Positions 18,521 through 27,507 of a stretch of DNA of 64,000 bases are shown here, one piece after another. The DNA lies in assembly GCA_014379965.1 (NCBI GenBank), contig JACMKU010000062.1, positions 19,878 to 83,877 on the forward strand. The letters run 5' to 3'. The DNA comes from Chitinophagaceae bacterium (GTDB lineage: Bacteria > Bacteroidota > Bacteroidia > Chitinophagales > Chitinophagaceae). How positions within the stretch are numbered: position 1 is the first letter of the stretch; each line of letters starts with the position of its first letter. The notes under the pieces were generated by a model that worked only from the letters and a program-made list of their open reading frames with translations, was not told the origin of the DNA and did no database searches. The position numbers were made by a program, and so were the translations under genes.

Positions 18521-18979
18521 ATGGCACAGAACGATGACTTTAAATATCCGCTTCCGAAATTTCACTTTGAACTGGAATGGGGTGGCGTCCGCATTGGCTT
18601 CACCGAGGTTAGCGGGCTGGATTTTGAAACGGAGGTGATTGAATATCGCGAGGGGCATCTTCGCACCTATAACAAAACGAAGCAGCCTGGACTCACAAAG
18701 TTCTCAGACGTTACACTTAAGCGAGGAATCGTGCTCGACAATTTTGAGTATTATGAGCAATGGGTAAAGACCGCTATGTTCCAGGAAAAGAAGGAGCAAT
18801 ATCGCCGTACCGTTACAATCAAGCTGCTTAACGAAGAACATAATACGATCATCACTTGGACTCTTGCAAAGGCCTGGCCTTCCAAGATCCAGTCGACAGA
18901 TCTCAAGGCAGATGCGAATGAAGTAGCAATAGAGACCATGACCCTGGTACATGAAGGGCTGGTAATGGCAAAACCTTAG
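18521..18979 (+). CDS. Tail tube protein (Afp1-like, T4 gp19 / PF06841-type)
   Basis: 152 aa with PLPKFHFELEWGGVRIGFTEVSGLDFETEVIEYREG, the classic conserved phage-tail tube motif. Confidence 0.9.
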   Translation: MAQNDDFKYPLPKFHFELEWGGVRIGFTEVSGLDFETEVIEYREGHLRTYNKTKQPGLTKFSDVTLKRGIVLDNFEYYEQWVKTAMFQEKKEQYRRTVTIKLLNEEHNTIITWTLAKAWPSKIQSTDLKADANEVAIETMTLVHEGLVMAKP

Positions 18980-19001
18980 CGAAATAGTATAATGGCGTTC
19001 T

Positions 19002-19520
19002 ATGGCAGAAGAAGTGACTATCCCGTATCAGGCGGTAAATTTTCATTACCTGGTTGAGTTCAACCACAAGGATAGCCCTATAGATGATATCGGTTTCCAA
19101 TCAGTGACCGGTTTTGATTCCACGTTGGAAACCGAACCTTTGAAGGAAGGAGGGGAGAACAGGTATGTACATGCGCTGCCAATGAGAAGGAATTATTCTA
19201 AGCTCGTCCTGAAGAGAGGAGTATGGAAGCCAGGCAAATCAAAACTCACCGACTGGTTGAAAAGAAACTTCGATGATGAATTAGAATCGGAGGTCATTGA
19301 ACCCGTTGAGACAGTTGTGATCACTTTACTCAACGAGGAACACCAGCCACTGATGCGATGGAGGGTAAACAATGTATGGCCTACAAGCTGGAAGATCGGC
19401 GAACTCAATGCCGAACAGGGCGGCGTACTAATAGAAACCCTCGAGTTGAATTATAATCGACTTGTATTCGAAGAAGTCCCGGAGAGTCCAGCAAGTGAGA
19501 TAAATAGCAGAATAAGTTAA
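19002..19520 (+). CDS. Second tail tube paralogue (Afp5-like)
   Basis: 172 aa with AVNFHYLVEF and FQSVTGFDSTLETEPLKEGGENRYVHALP. It has the same fold signature as the preceding gene. Confidence 0.85.
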   Translation: MAEEVTIPYQAVNFHYLVEFNHKDSPIDDIGFQSVTGFDSTLETEPLKEGGENRYVHALPMRRNYSKLVLKRGVWKPGKSKLTDWLKRNFDDELESEVIEPVETVVITLLNEEHQPLMRWRVNNVWPTSWKIGELNAEQGGVLIETLELNYNRLVFEEVPESPASEINSRIS

Positions 19521-19530
19521 CCCTTGATCT

Positions 19531-19707
19531 ATGGCATTAGAAGTAAGAGAACTAATTATCAGGGCCACCGTGGTACAGGAGGGGATCGGCACAGGGATTA
19601 CTAATCCTTCGCCTGGAACGAATAACGATATATCCAACGAAGAGGAATTAATTACAACCTGCGTGGAAAAAATTCTTGAAATCTTAAAATCAAAGGATGG
19701 CAGGTAA
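19531..19707 (+). CDS. Small conserved eCIS protein (DUF5908-like), missing from the ORF track
   Basis: My translation gives a 58-aa ORF: MALEVRELIIRATVVQEGIGTGITNPSPGTNNDISNEEELITTCVEKILEILKSKDGR. The N-terminus resembles the DUF5908 pattern (M..E.KEL.I...V) I recall from Bacteroidota eCIS loci. It starts 10 nt after the tube gene and overlaps the next gene by 11 nt. Confidence 0.55.
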   Translation: MALEVRELIIRATVVQEGIGTGITNPSPGTNNDISNEEELITTCVEKILEILKSKDGR

Positions 19708-20410
19708 AGACAAAAAAAGAGGCGAACTGACCAAACTGGTAATTCATTCCTACCCTGAGAAAAATTTTCAGGAGGAGGACAAGACCTTGCGTTTTACTAC
19801 GCCGATCAATCCGGAAACTTTCAGCAAGACAAGTTTCATCGAACTCAATACAACAAGGGCACATGGGCAACCGGGTGCAGATCCCAAATACAAATCCACA
19901 AAACCCGAGGAGCTGAAGATTGAATTTGTACTGGATGGTACCAATTCTCTGGAAGGATATGTGAAGAAATATAAGGAGATGGAGGTGTCAGAGCAGATCA
20001 AGGCCTTCACTGATTGCGTGTACCAGTACAAAAGTGATCAACACCGTCCTCGCTTCCTAATAGTGAGATGGGGCTCGGACCTGAATTTCCCCTGTGTGCT
20101 TTCACATCTCGACGTTAGTTATTCTTTATTTAAATCCAACGGCAACCCGCTTCGGGCCAAAGTCAGCGCAACGTTCGTAAAGTATGAGACACCCGAAGCG
20201 ATTGCAGCGGCAAAGAGACCTGCCTCGCCGGATCTAACCCACGTACGGACAAGTAAACAAGGAGACAGGCTCGACCTGATGACTCATAAAATATATAAGG
20301 ACCCTGCTTTCTTCCTGCAAGTTGCCAGGGCGAATAACCTGAGTTCGGTGAGAAACCTTCCACTTGGGCGCGATGTCTATTTTCCACCAATCAATAAAAA
20401 CGAACCCTGA
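19697..20410 (+). CDS. LysM-like domain protein (Afp7-like tube initiator / baseplate hub component)
   Basis: 237 aa. The N-terminal tube-like region is followed by a C-terminal LysM-like segment (GDRLDLMTHKIYKDPAFFLQVARANNLSSVRNLPLGRDVYFP). Its position before the spike gene fits. Confidence 0.7.
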   Translation: MAGKDKKRGELTKLVIHSYPEKNFQEEDKTLRFTTPINPETFSKTSFIELNTTRAHGQPGADPKYKSTKPEELKIEFVLDGTNSLEGYVKKYKEMEVSEQIKAFTDCVYQYKSDQHRPRFLIVRWGSDLNFPCVLSHLDVSYSLFKSNGNPLRAKVSATFVKYETPEAIAAAKRPASPDLTHVRTSKQGDRLDLMTHKIYKDPAFFLQVARANNLSSVRNLPLGRDVYFPPINKNEP

Positions 20411-22176
20411 TGGAAGAGCTGCTGATACCGAACCCCTCAAAGTGTGACGTTGCTACCTATAATATGTTAGTTGAGGGCGAGGAAGTGCCGATTACATTCC
20501 AATTACTTTCCTTATCAATACACAAGGAGGCTAACCGGGTACCTAGTGCAAAAATTGTATTTCGGGACGGCGATGCATCGGAACAAAAATTCGAGATCAG
20601 CGAAAATGAACTCTTCGTTCCTGGAAAGAAAATTCAAATCAATATCGGTCGAGATGGCACCAACAAGCAGGCATTTAAAGGTATCATCACTCACCATTCG
20701 GTAAAGGTTAAGCAAAACGGGCATAGCCAACTCTGCATCGAATGTCAGGATGAATCGGTGAAGATGACCATCGGCAGGCATAGCCATTATTTTGAAAAAA
20801 TGAAGGACAGTAAGGTGATAGATGAGCTCATCACCAAGTATAGTCTCGATGCGGATCCCGAGCCAACGGGATTGGAGCATAAAGAATTGGTTCAACACCA
20901 TATTTCTGACTGGGACTTTATGTTGCTGCGTGCAGAGGCTAACGGTATGCTGGTGTTTACCGACGACGGTAAGATCACAGTTGCGAAGCCGAAAATCAAA
21001 GGTGAAGTACTACAGGTCAACTACGGCTCGTCTATCCTTGAATTCGAAGCCGAGATGGATGCTCGATCGCAGTTCAAAAGCGTAAATGCATGCTCATGGG
21101 ACTACGCAAACCAGGCTTTATTCAAGGCAGATACCGGATCGGCAACGTTTACTGAGCTGGGTAATATAAGTGGGAGCGATATCTCTGAGAAGATCAGTCC
21201 TGATAAGTATGAAATGCACCATAGCGGACTAAAGCTGGTTCAGGAACTGCAAGATTGGGTTGATGGGATTATGGTGCGTAGCAGACTATCCAAGATAAGG
21301 GGCCGGGTAAAATGCATTGGGTTTAGCGCCATCAAACCAGGCGACACGCTAAAGATGACCGGGGTCGGCGCGCGATTCAACGGTAAGGCATATGTGACCG
21401 GTGTGCGGCAGGAGATGGGTAACGGCATTTGGGAGACGCATATTCAATTTGGACTCGACCCAGCGAGGTATGCTTTTCATCACAACGACGTTAACGATGC
21501 TACCTCTGCAGGACTAGTGGGTGCGATACACGGACTTCAAATCGGCAAGGTAGAAAAATTGGAAAATGATCCCGATGGCCAGGATCGTATCCAGGTAAAA
21601 ATTCCCGTAATCGATAATACCGCACAGGGAATATGGACAAGGGTTGCCAGCCTGGATGCCGGTGCTGACCGCGGTGCCTTTTTTCGCCCGGAAATCGGTG
21701 ATGAGGTTATCGTAGGATTCATCAACGACGATCCGCGAGATGCAGTGCTGCTAGGAATGCTCCACAGTAGCAACAAGCCTGCACCCATTACGGCAAAAGA
21801 TGTGAACCATGAAAAAGGATTCACTACGCGGAGCAAAATGCACATCAGCTTCAACGATGACACCAAAACCATAAAGATCGATACACCTGCGGGTAACCAT
21901 GTGTTGCTGGATGAAAAAGAAAAGAAGATCGAGGTGATCGACCAGAACAATAATAAGTTGGTAATGGAACCAGCTGGAATTACTATGGAAAGTCCAGCCA
22001 AGATAGATATCAAGGCAGGCACGACCCTTTCCATCACCGCAGGGACTTCGCTTTCAATTGGAGCGCCATCTATTTCAGTGAAAGCAGATGCTGATTTGGG
22101 ACTCGAGGGCTCAATCGTAAAGCTTAAAGCCTCCGGAATGGCACAGATCAATGGTTCCATGGTAACGATAAATTAA
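20410..22176 (+). CDS. VgrG-like spike / baseplate hub (Afp8; gpD + gp5 OB-fold + beta-helix)
   Basis: 588 aa with WTRVASLDAGADRGAFFRPEIGDEVIVGFINDDPRDAVLLGMLHS (gp5/Vgr OB-fold signature). The C-terminus has repetitive beta-helix-like segments. The start overlaps the preceding stop by 1 nt (TGATG). Confidence 0.9.
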   Translation: MEELLIPNPSKCDVATYNMLVEGEEVPITFQLLSLSIHKEANRVPSAKIVFRDGDASEQKFEISENELFVPGKKIQINIGRDGTNKQAFKGIITHHSVKVKQNGHSQLCIECQDESVKMTIGRHSHYFEKMKDSKVIDELITKYSLDADPEPTGLEHKELVQHHISDWDFMLLRAEANGMLVFTDDGKITVAKPKIKGEVLQVNYGSSILEFEAEMDARSQFKSVNACSWDYANQALFKADTGSATFTELGNISGSDISEKISPDKYEMHHSGLKLVQELQDWVDGIMVRSRLSKIRGRVKCIGFSAIKPGDTLKMTGVGARFNGKAYVTGVRQEMGNGIWETHIQFGLDPARYAFHHNDVNDATSAGLVGAIHGLQIGKVEKLENDPDGQDRIQVKIPVIDNTAQGIWTRVASLDAGADRGAFFRPEIGDEVIVGFINDDPRDAVLLGMLHSSNKPAPITAKDVNHEKGFTTRSKMHISFNDDTKTIKIDTPAGNHVLLDEKEKKIEVIDQNNNKLVMEPAGITMESPAKIDIKAGTTLSITAGTSLSIGAPSISVKADADLGLEGSIVKLKASGMAQINGSMVTIN

Positions 22177-22186
22177 AAAGACAAAA

Positions 22187-22477
22187 ATGCCTTCAGCAGC
22201 TCGGCTTACGGATTTTCATACTTGTCCCATGTTCAATGGGCCATCGCCGCATGTTGGCGGTCCAGTATCGGGCCCCGGCGCCTCGACGGTAATGATCGGG
22301 AGTTTGCCAGCGGCACGGGTAGGTGACATGTTGGTTTGTGCTGGCCCGCCGGATGTGATAGTAAAAGGATCAGGTACTGTATTTATCGCCGGCATGCCTG
22401 CTGCGAGGCAAGGCGATAGTACGGCGCACGGTGGAATTATTGTAGCCGGCCTGCCCACGGTACAAATAGGAGGATAA
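22187..22477 (+). CDS. PAAR domain spike-tip protein (Afp10-like)
   Basis: 96 aa with two PAAR motifs (GSLPAARVGD, IAGMPAARQGD) plus a Cys/His zinc-site context (FHTCPM). Confidence 0.9.
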   Translation: MPSAARLTDFHTCPMFNGPSPHVGGPVSGPGASTVMIGSLPAARVGDMLVCAGPPDVIVKGSGTVFIAGMPAARQGDSTAHGGIIVAGLPTVQIGG

Positions 22478-22482
22478 AAATC

Positions 22483-22908
22483 ATGGAACAAACTTTCAAT
22501 TCCTTTTTAGGTACGGGCTGGTCATTTCCTCCGGCATTCAACGCGAGTACTGGTGTGGTGGAAATGGTGAGCGAGGTGGAGGACATCAATCAAAGCCTCG
22601 ACATATTGCTTTCTACAAGTATAGGAGAACGCGTGATGCAGCCGGATTATGGCTGCAATTTGAACGATTATATGTTTGAAGGTCTGGGTAGCGATCTTAT
22701 TGGAATCATCAAGCACCACGTGGAGAATTCAATATTATATTATGAACCAAGAATCATTGCAGAGAAAGTAACTGTTACTACCGCGGACTCAACGGACCTG
22801 CTAGAAGGTAAGTTCGTGATCACTGTAGAATATCTTATACCGAAGACGAACTCCAGGTTCAACTATGTATATGATTACTACCTGAATGAGGCCACAGCCA
22901 GAATATAA
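22483..22908 (+). CDS. GPW/gp25 family baseplate wedge protein (Afp9-like)
   Basis: 141 aa with FLGTGWSFPP and LLSTSIGERVMQPDYGCNL, typical of the gp25 lysozyme-like fold family. Confidence 0.85.
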   Translation: MEQTFNSFLGTGWSFPPAFNASTGVVEMVSEVEDINQSLDILLSTSIGERVMQPDYGCNLNDYMFEGLGSDLIGIIKHHVENSILYYEPRIIAEKVTVTTADSTDLLEGKFVITVEYLIPKTNSRFNYVYDYYLNEATARI

Positions 22909-25900
22909 ACTAAGAGCTATTAATGTCATGTTCAATTGCGATTGTATTATTCATCCTTTTCAAAATGAACCGGGTACCAGCCAGAGGCAGCGTATCATGG
23001 ACGAGCTCTTGGGTGAAGCAGCTAAGATCGATGCTCGAACTCTCGCAGACCTGTTGGATTATTTTGTCAAGTTAGCCCCGCATATAAACTATTACGACAC
23101 AAAAATGGTAATGGGCGACTGGCGGCCATTTTTCAAAAATAGCATCCCCTTTACCCTTTCCTCCGTCATCAACTACCCAATCAAAGGAGCGGCTGCAAAT
23201 TTTAGTATTTATAACTCACTGTTTAATCGGAAGCCACTTGCAACTGGCTTACAGCTGAATGCGCATTTCCTGTATTATTATTTCATAAAAAGAATAAATC
23301 AATTGCAGGAGGTATTGGCAAAGAGTGAACTGCCAATGGAAGGCTTTTTGGACAATCTGATACGTGAGAAACTCAGGGCTCCTGTAGTCGAATTTATTTC
23401 TTACGTGAATGCCGCGGTACAAAGACATGGAGTTCGTAGAATTGATTTCAGCCCCCTTTATCAGAATGCGACATGGAATATCGGGTTGGATGAGCTTTAT
23501 GGTATCTACTCACCCACAGTTTTAGGTCTGCCTCAAACTTTCAAAAGCCTTCACGCTCTCAATGATAAGTTGAAATCGCTATTCCCTGTTTTTGAAGAAA
23601 GTATCAGATCACTGAGCCTGGAGGCGGAAAAGAATCTGAACCTGAGCCTCATTCACAGCAAAGAAGAACTGCAAAAGAAGCACGAACCACACCTGGCACT
23701 CCTGTTTGCGTTTCTTAACCTCTTCAGATATCTGCAAGACGATCTGAACGGGTATACACGTCGCCACCTTGATTTCTTTTACAAGGATATCCTCAAGCTA
23801 AAGCCCGGCGCTGCCACACCGGACAGGGCTTTCATTCTATTCGAAATTCAGAAGCAACTCAAGAAGCATATTCTCAATAAGGGTCTGTTGTTGAAAGGAG
23901 GTAAGGACGATAAGAAACAGGAAATACTATTCGCACTGGATGACGAGATTGCCGTAAACAAGACTGAGGTGGTAGACAAGAGGACTCTTTTTGTTAATAA
24001 CAGGCTGGCTCACGGAGCCACTTATGTGGAAGGCGTTTACATGGCACCAGACGCAACTAAAGCCGACGGAGTGAATAAGGATTTCCCTGGAGACATAGCG
24101 AATTTCAATACCGTTGGCAATAAGCTAAGTAAGCATGTAGACCCTGAGACCAAACTCATCAAGCCTTTTCCTAACGCGAGACTGGGATTTGTCCTTGGGT
24201 CTAACGTACTGTTCATGGGAGACGGTAGTACAAGAAACGTTGAGGTCACTCTTAAATGCAGATTGAACGAAGCTATATGTCAGCAGTTCGCCGCAGCGGG
24301 AATTAGGAAGCAAGATTGTTGCTCGGAAGGAGGTCAGAACCAGGGAGCGGCGAAAGACGAATTTGTTCCAGAATATTCCGCCGTAACATTTTTGAGTAGG
24401 ATTGAGAGTCTATTGAATAATACCTACTACTACCTGGACCAGGACATCTTAAGAGAAGCGATAAAGAAGGGGATCGACCAGGATCTTGTTCTGAGGTTGA
24501 AAGAACATTTTCTACTGGAGCCCAGCCCGAAATTTGATGGGCGAAAACCAAAAGACTATTGTAATTGCCCGGTGAAGAAAGATCGCTATGAAGGTGTCCT
24601 TAAGGAGGCCGACTACTATGCGGAGTTTGGCAACGAGGTTGAAACTTTAGCGCCGTTTATCAAGCCACGAAAGCTCTTGACCGTTTTGTTTAGCGGAGCG
24701 AAGGAGTGGATTGAGCCTGTAATCGGAAAGCGATCCACTGATCCGTTATTTACAAAAAACCTTTCGTTTGCCATTTCAAATGTCAATGCGAATAAGTTCC
24801 TGTTGACTATCAATGCTACCCTAACCCCCGAAATGCCTGCAGTAGGTTTTTACAACGCTCTTGCGTTAAAGGAGGAATTAGGAACGACGCTGCCACTCGC
24901 AAAATTTGAACTCGATGACAAGATCAAGTTCATGAACGTGGCGCTAAGGACCCTGGCGACGCACGACCTACCCGAAGAAGAATGCTGTGTGCAGTCAAAG
25001 GATTGCTGCCTGCTTATTGAAGAAGGAAAAGATATTCATAACATTTCTGCTTATCATTTTTTCAGGAATGTAATGTTGAATGAGACAGACCCAAACGCGA
25101 CTGTGATTAAGGTCGATGTGTGTGGTCTCAAACATGCTATTGTCCAGAATGATGACAGCGTAATGGATATCAATGGACCAATCGTTCCATTTGGCCCACG
25201 TCCCAAGATCGGGTCGAATTTTTATGTAGGTACAGAGGAAATATTCATGAAGAGATGGCGGGATATATATATTAACCTCAACTGGAAAGATCTTCCTCCC
25301 GGGGGGTTTAAAAGTTACTATGAGGCATATCAGACCAGGCTGGTAGGTTTACCTCCTTCTAATATAGTTGAAGACAATCAGTTTAAGATTGAACTTGCCA
25401 TATTGCAGGATGGGAACTGGATTCCGTGGACACATGGTGTGGTAGGTGATAATCTTCCCAATAAGAAGTACAACCTTTTTCAAACCTTCGTGAACCCTGG
25501 GATCTATTGCGTTAATACGCCCGTATTCCAGCACCAATTCGCGATCTCTCATGCGAATGATTTCAATAATCTCCCGTATCCTAGTGAAAAGATCATTTTC
25601 AAGAACATCAAAAAATTTGAAGTCTTAAGCCGGAATTGCTTCCTTAGAATCACATTAAGGTTCCAGGACTTTCAGCATACTATTTATCCATTTATCTTAG
25701 GCAGGCAGATGACGGCTCAAGGGAAACTTCCGCAGGATACAGTTAACGGCGCCGTTTACTACGCACCCGGCACCACAAGTCCTATGACATTCGACGCAAA
25801 TCAGATTAAGACACAAATAGAAGATGCCTTTAATCTTTCGGTAGAAGTGAAAAGAGAAGTAAGCGACCCTATTGGTGGGGATGGAATCCAGGAGAATGTT

Positions 25901-27496
25901 GGAATTCTGGGTAATATTCCAGCAGGCAACGCCAATCGTATTCGGACTATTCTTCGCCCTCCAATTATATTGATCCCGGGAGAGAATCTGGTTAACGAAT
26001 CCATTGCGTTGCATGCGACACTAGATGCTGTAAATAAGAAGATCGATGACATTAAGAAATTTGCAGCTGTAATTCCTCCGGAACCATGGACACCAACGAT
26101 TAATTTGTTTGAAATAGGGTATGTAGCGGTTGCAACGATTCGGGAGATAGATATGATACACCTGTATCCATTCGCAGGCACATACAAACAGGAAGAGATA
26201 GAGCTACAGCCGCCGCTCTTTCCTACATTCTGTGATGAAGGCAATTTATTCCTTGGATTAAATGACCTCGTGCCTGGTAACAACCTGAATATCCTATTCC
26301 AGTTGGCCGAGGCCACTTCAGATTCTGAGTCGGTTAAGGCAGAAGTTTCGTGGTACTACCTTGACAGCAATACATGGAAGACCCTGCGGACCGGGTTCGA
26401 GGTCCTGGATGATGGTTCGCTTGACCTCACCAGGTCGGGAATAATAAAGTTTGCGCTACCATCTAATATGACGAAGGACAACACGGTAATGCCGGGAAAT
26501 TTACATTGGATAAAGGCTTCCGTGAATAGAAATAGCCGGTCTGTGAGCGAGACGACCGGTATACATCCCCAGGCCATGCTGGCGATGTTTTCTCATACTC
26601 CTGGCAATGATACATTGAGACTTGATAAACCTTTACCGAAAGGGACCGTCGGGAAACTAAACACCGCCGATGCATCCGTGAAGACAGTACAACAGCCATA
26701 CGAGACTTTTGGGGGACGTTTACCCGAAAGCGAAGGACCTTTCTATATACGAGTCAGTGAATTATTGCGACACAAAGGGAGGGCTATCCAACCCTGGGAC
26801 TATGAACGGCTGACGCTTGAACAATTTCCCGAATTATATAAGGTAAAATGCATCAGTCACAGTTTCGCTTTGGACGCGAATAAATACAAGAATGATTTCC
26901 CATACGCACCGGGCTATGTTGTGTTGGCTGTGATTCCGGATTTATACAAATTGAAGGCCGGGCTTTCTTTTGAACCAAAGGCGCCAGTGTCTGTCCTCGA
27001 GAAAGTGGAGGCATTCATCCGCAAGCGCACATCACCCTTCGTACGGTTCAAGGCACGAAATCCTATCTATGAAAAGGTGAATTTCTGTATTCGCGTACAG
27101 TTGATAAAGGGGAAGGATGAAAATTACTACAAGGAAAAACTAAAAGAAGATTTACGACATTTTTTGGCACCGTGGGCAGTCGGCATTTTTTCAAAACTTA
27201 GTTTCGGCGAATGTGTATATAGGTCAGAAATAATACGGTTCCTCGAAACCACACGCTACGTTGATTTCATCACGGACCTGCGGATGGGAAAGGACGGCGA
27301 ACTCCCCGGACCCAACATTCACAGGGTTTGTCCTGACACACCTCGTTCTATTCTAATTGCCGGAGATATCGAGGTCTGCATCGAAAAGCCTGAATGCATA
27401 GACTGGAACGATGAGTTTGAGGGATGTGAGGGTAAAAAGATTGGAGAGTGCGATAACAAATCCGAACTGTTCATTGATTATTGTAAACCAAAATAG
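22886..27496 (+). CDS. Large baseplate J-like protein (Afp11-like)
   Basis: 1536 aa. The C-terminal third carries the baseplate-J signature (LLRHKGRAIQPWDYERLTLEQFPELYKVKC). The start is uncertain: 22886 overlaps gp25 by 23 nt, and an alternative ATG lies at 22928. The C-terminus is Cys-rich. Confidence 0.75.
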   Translation: MRPQPEYKLRAINVMFNCDCIIHPFQNEPGTSQRQRIMDELLGEAAKIDARTLADLLDYFVKLAPHINYYDTKMVMGDWRPFFKNSIPFTLSSVINYPIKGAAANFSIYNSLFNRKPLATGLQLNAHFLYYYFIKRINQLQEVLAKSELPMEGFLDNLIREKLRAPVVEFISYVNAAVQRHGVRRIDFSPLYQNATWNIGLDELYGIYSPTVLGLPQTFKSLHALNDKLKSLFPVFEESIRSLSLEAEKNLNLSLIHSKEELQKKHEPHLALLFAFLNLFRYLQDDLNGYTRRHLDFFYKDILKLKPGAATPDRAFILFEIQKQLKKHILNKGLLLKGGKDDKKQEILFALDDEIAVNKTEVVDKRTLFVNNRLAHGATYVEGVYMAPDATKADGVNKDFPGDIANFNTVGNKLSKHVDPETKLIKPFPNARLGFVLGSNVLFMGDGSTRNVEVTLKCRLNEAICQQFAAAGIRKQDCCSEGGQNQGAAKDEFVPEYSAVTFLSRIESLLNNTYYYLDQDILREAIKKGIDQDLVLRLKEHFLLEPSPKFDGRKPKDYCNCPVKKDRYEGVLKEADYYAEFGNEVETLAPFIKPRKLLTVLFSGAKEWIEPVIGKRSTDPLFTKNLSFAISNVNANKFLLTINATLTPEMPAVGFYNALALKEELGTTLPLAKFELDDKIKFMNVALRTLATHDLPEEECCVQSKDCCLLIEEGKDIHNISAYHFFRNVMLNETDPNATVIKVDVCGLKHAIVQNDDSVMDINGPIVPFGPRPKIGSNFYVGTEEIFMKRWRDIYINLNWKDLPPGGFKSYYEAYQTRLVGLPPSNIVEDNQFKIELAILQDGNWIPWTHGVVGDNLPNKKYNLFQTFVNPGIYCVNTPVFQHQFAISHANDFNNLPYPSEKIIFKNIKKFEVLSRNCFLRITLRFQDFQHTIYPFILGRQMTAQGKLPQDTVNGAVYYAPGTTSPMTFDANQIKTQIEDAFNLSVEVKREVSDPIGGDGIQENVGILGNIPAGNANRIRTILRPPIILIPGENLVNESIALHATLDAVNKKIDDIKKFAAVIPPEPWTPTINLFEIGYVAVATIREIDMIHLYPFAGTYKQEEIELQPPLFPTFCDEGNLFLGLNDLVPGNNLNILFQLAEATSDSESVKAEVSWYYLDSNTWKTLRTGFEVLDDGSLDLTRSGIIKFALPSNMTKDNTVMPGNLHWIKASVNRNSRSVSETTGIHPQAMLAMFSHTPGNDTLRLDKPLPKGTVGKLNTADASVKTVQQPYETFGGRLPESEGPFYIRVSELLRHKGRAIQPWDYERLTLEQFPELYKVKCISHSFALDANKYKNDFPYAPGYVVLAVIPDLYKLKAGLSFEPKAPVSVLEKVEAFIRKRTSPFVRFKARNPIYEKVNFCIRVQLIKGKDENYYKEKLKEDLRHFLAPWAVGIFSKLSFGECVYRSEIIRFLETTRYVDFITDLRMGKDGELPGPNIHRVCPDTPRSILIAGDIEVCIEKPECIDWNDEFEGCEGKKIGECDNKSELFIDYCKPK

Positions 27497-27507
27497 AATA
27501 AGGCGGA

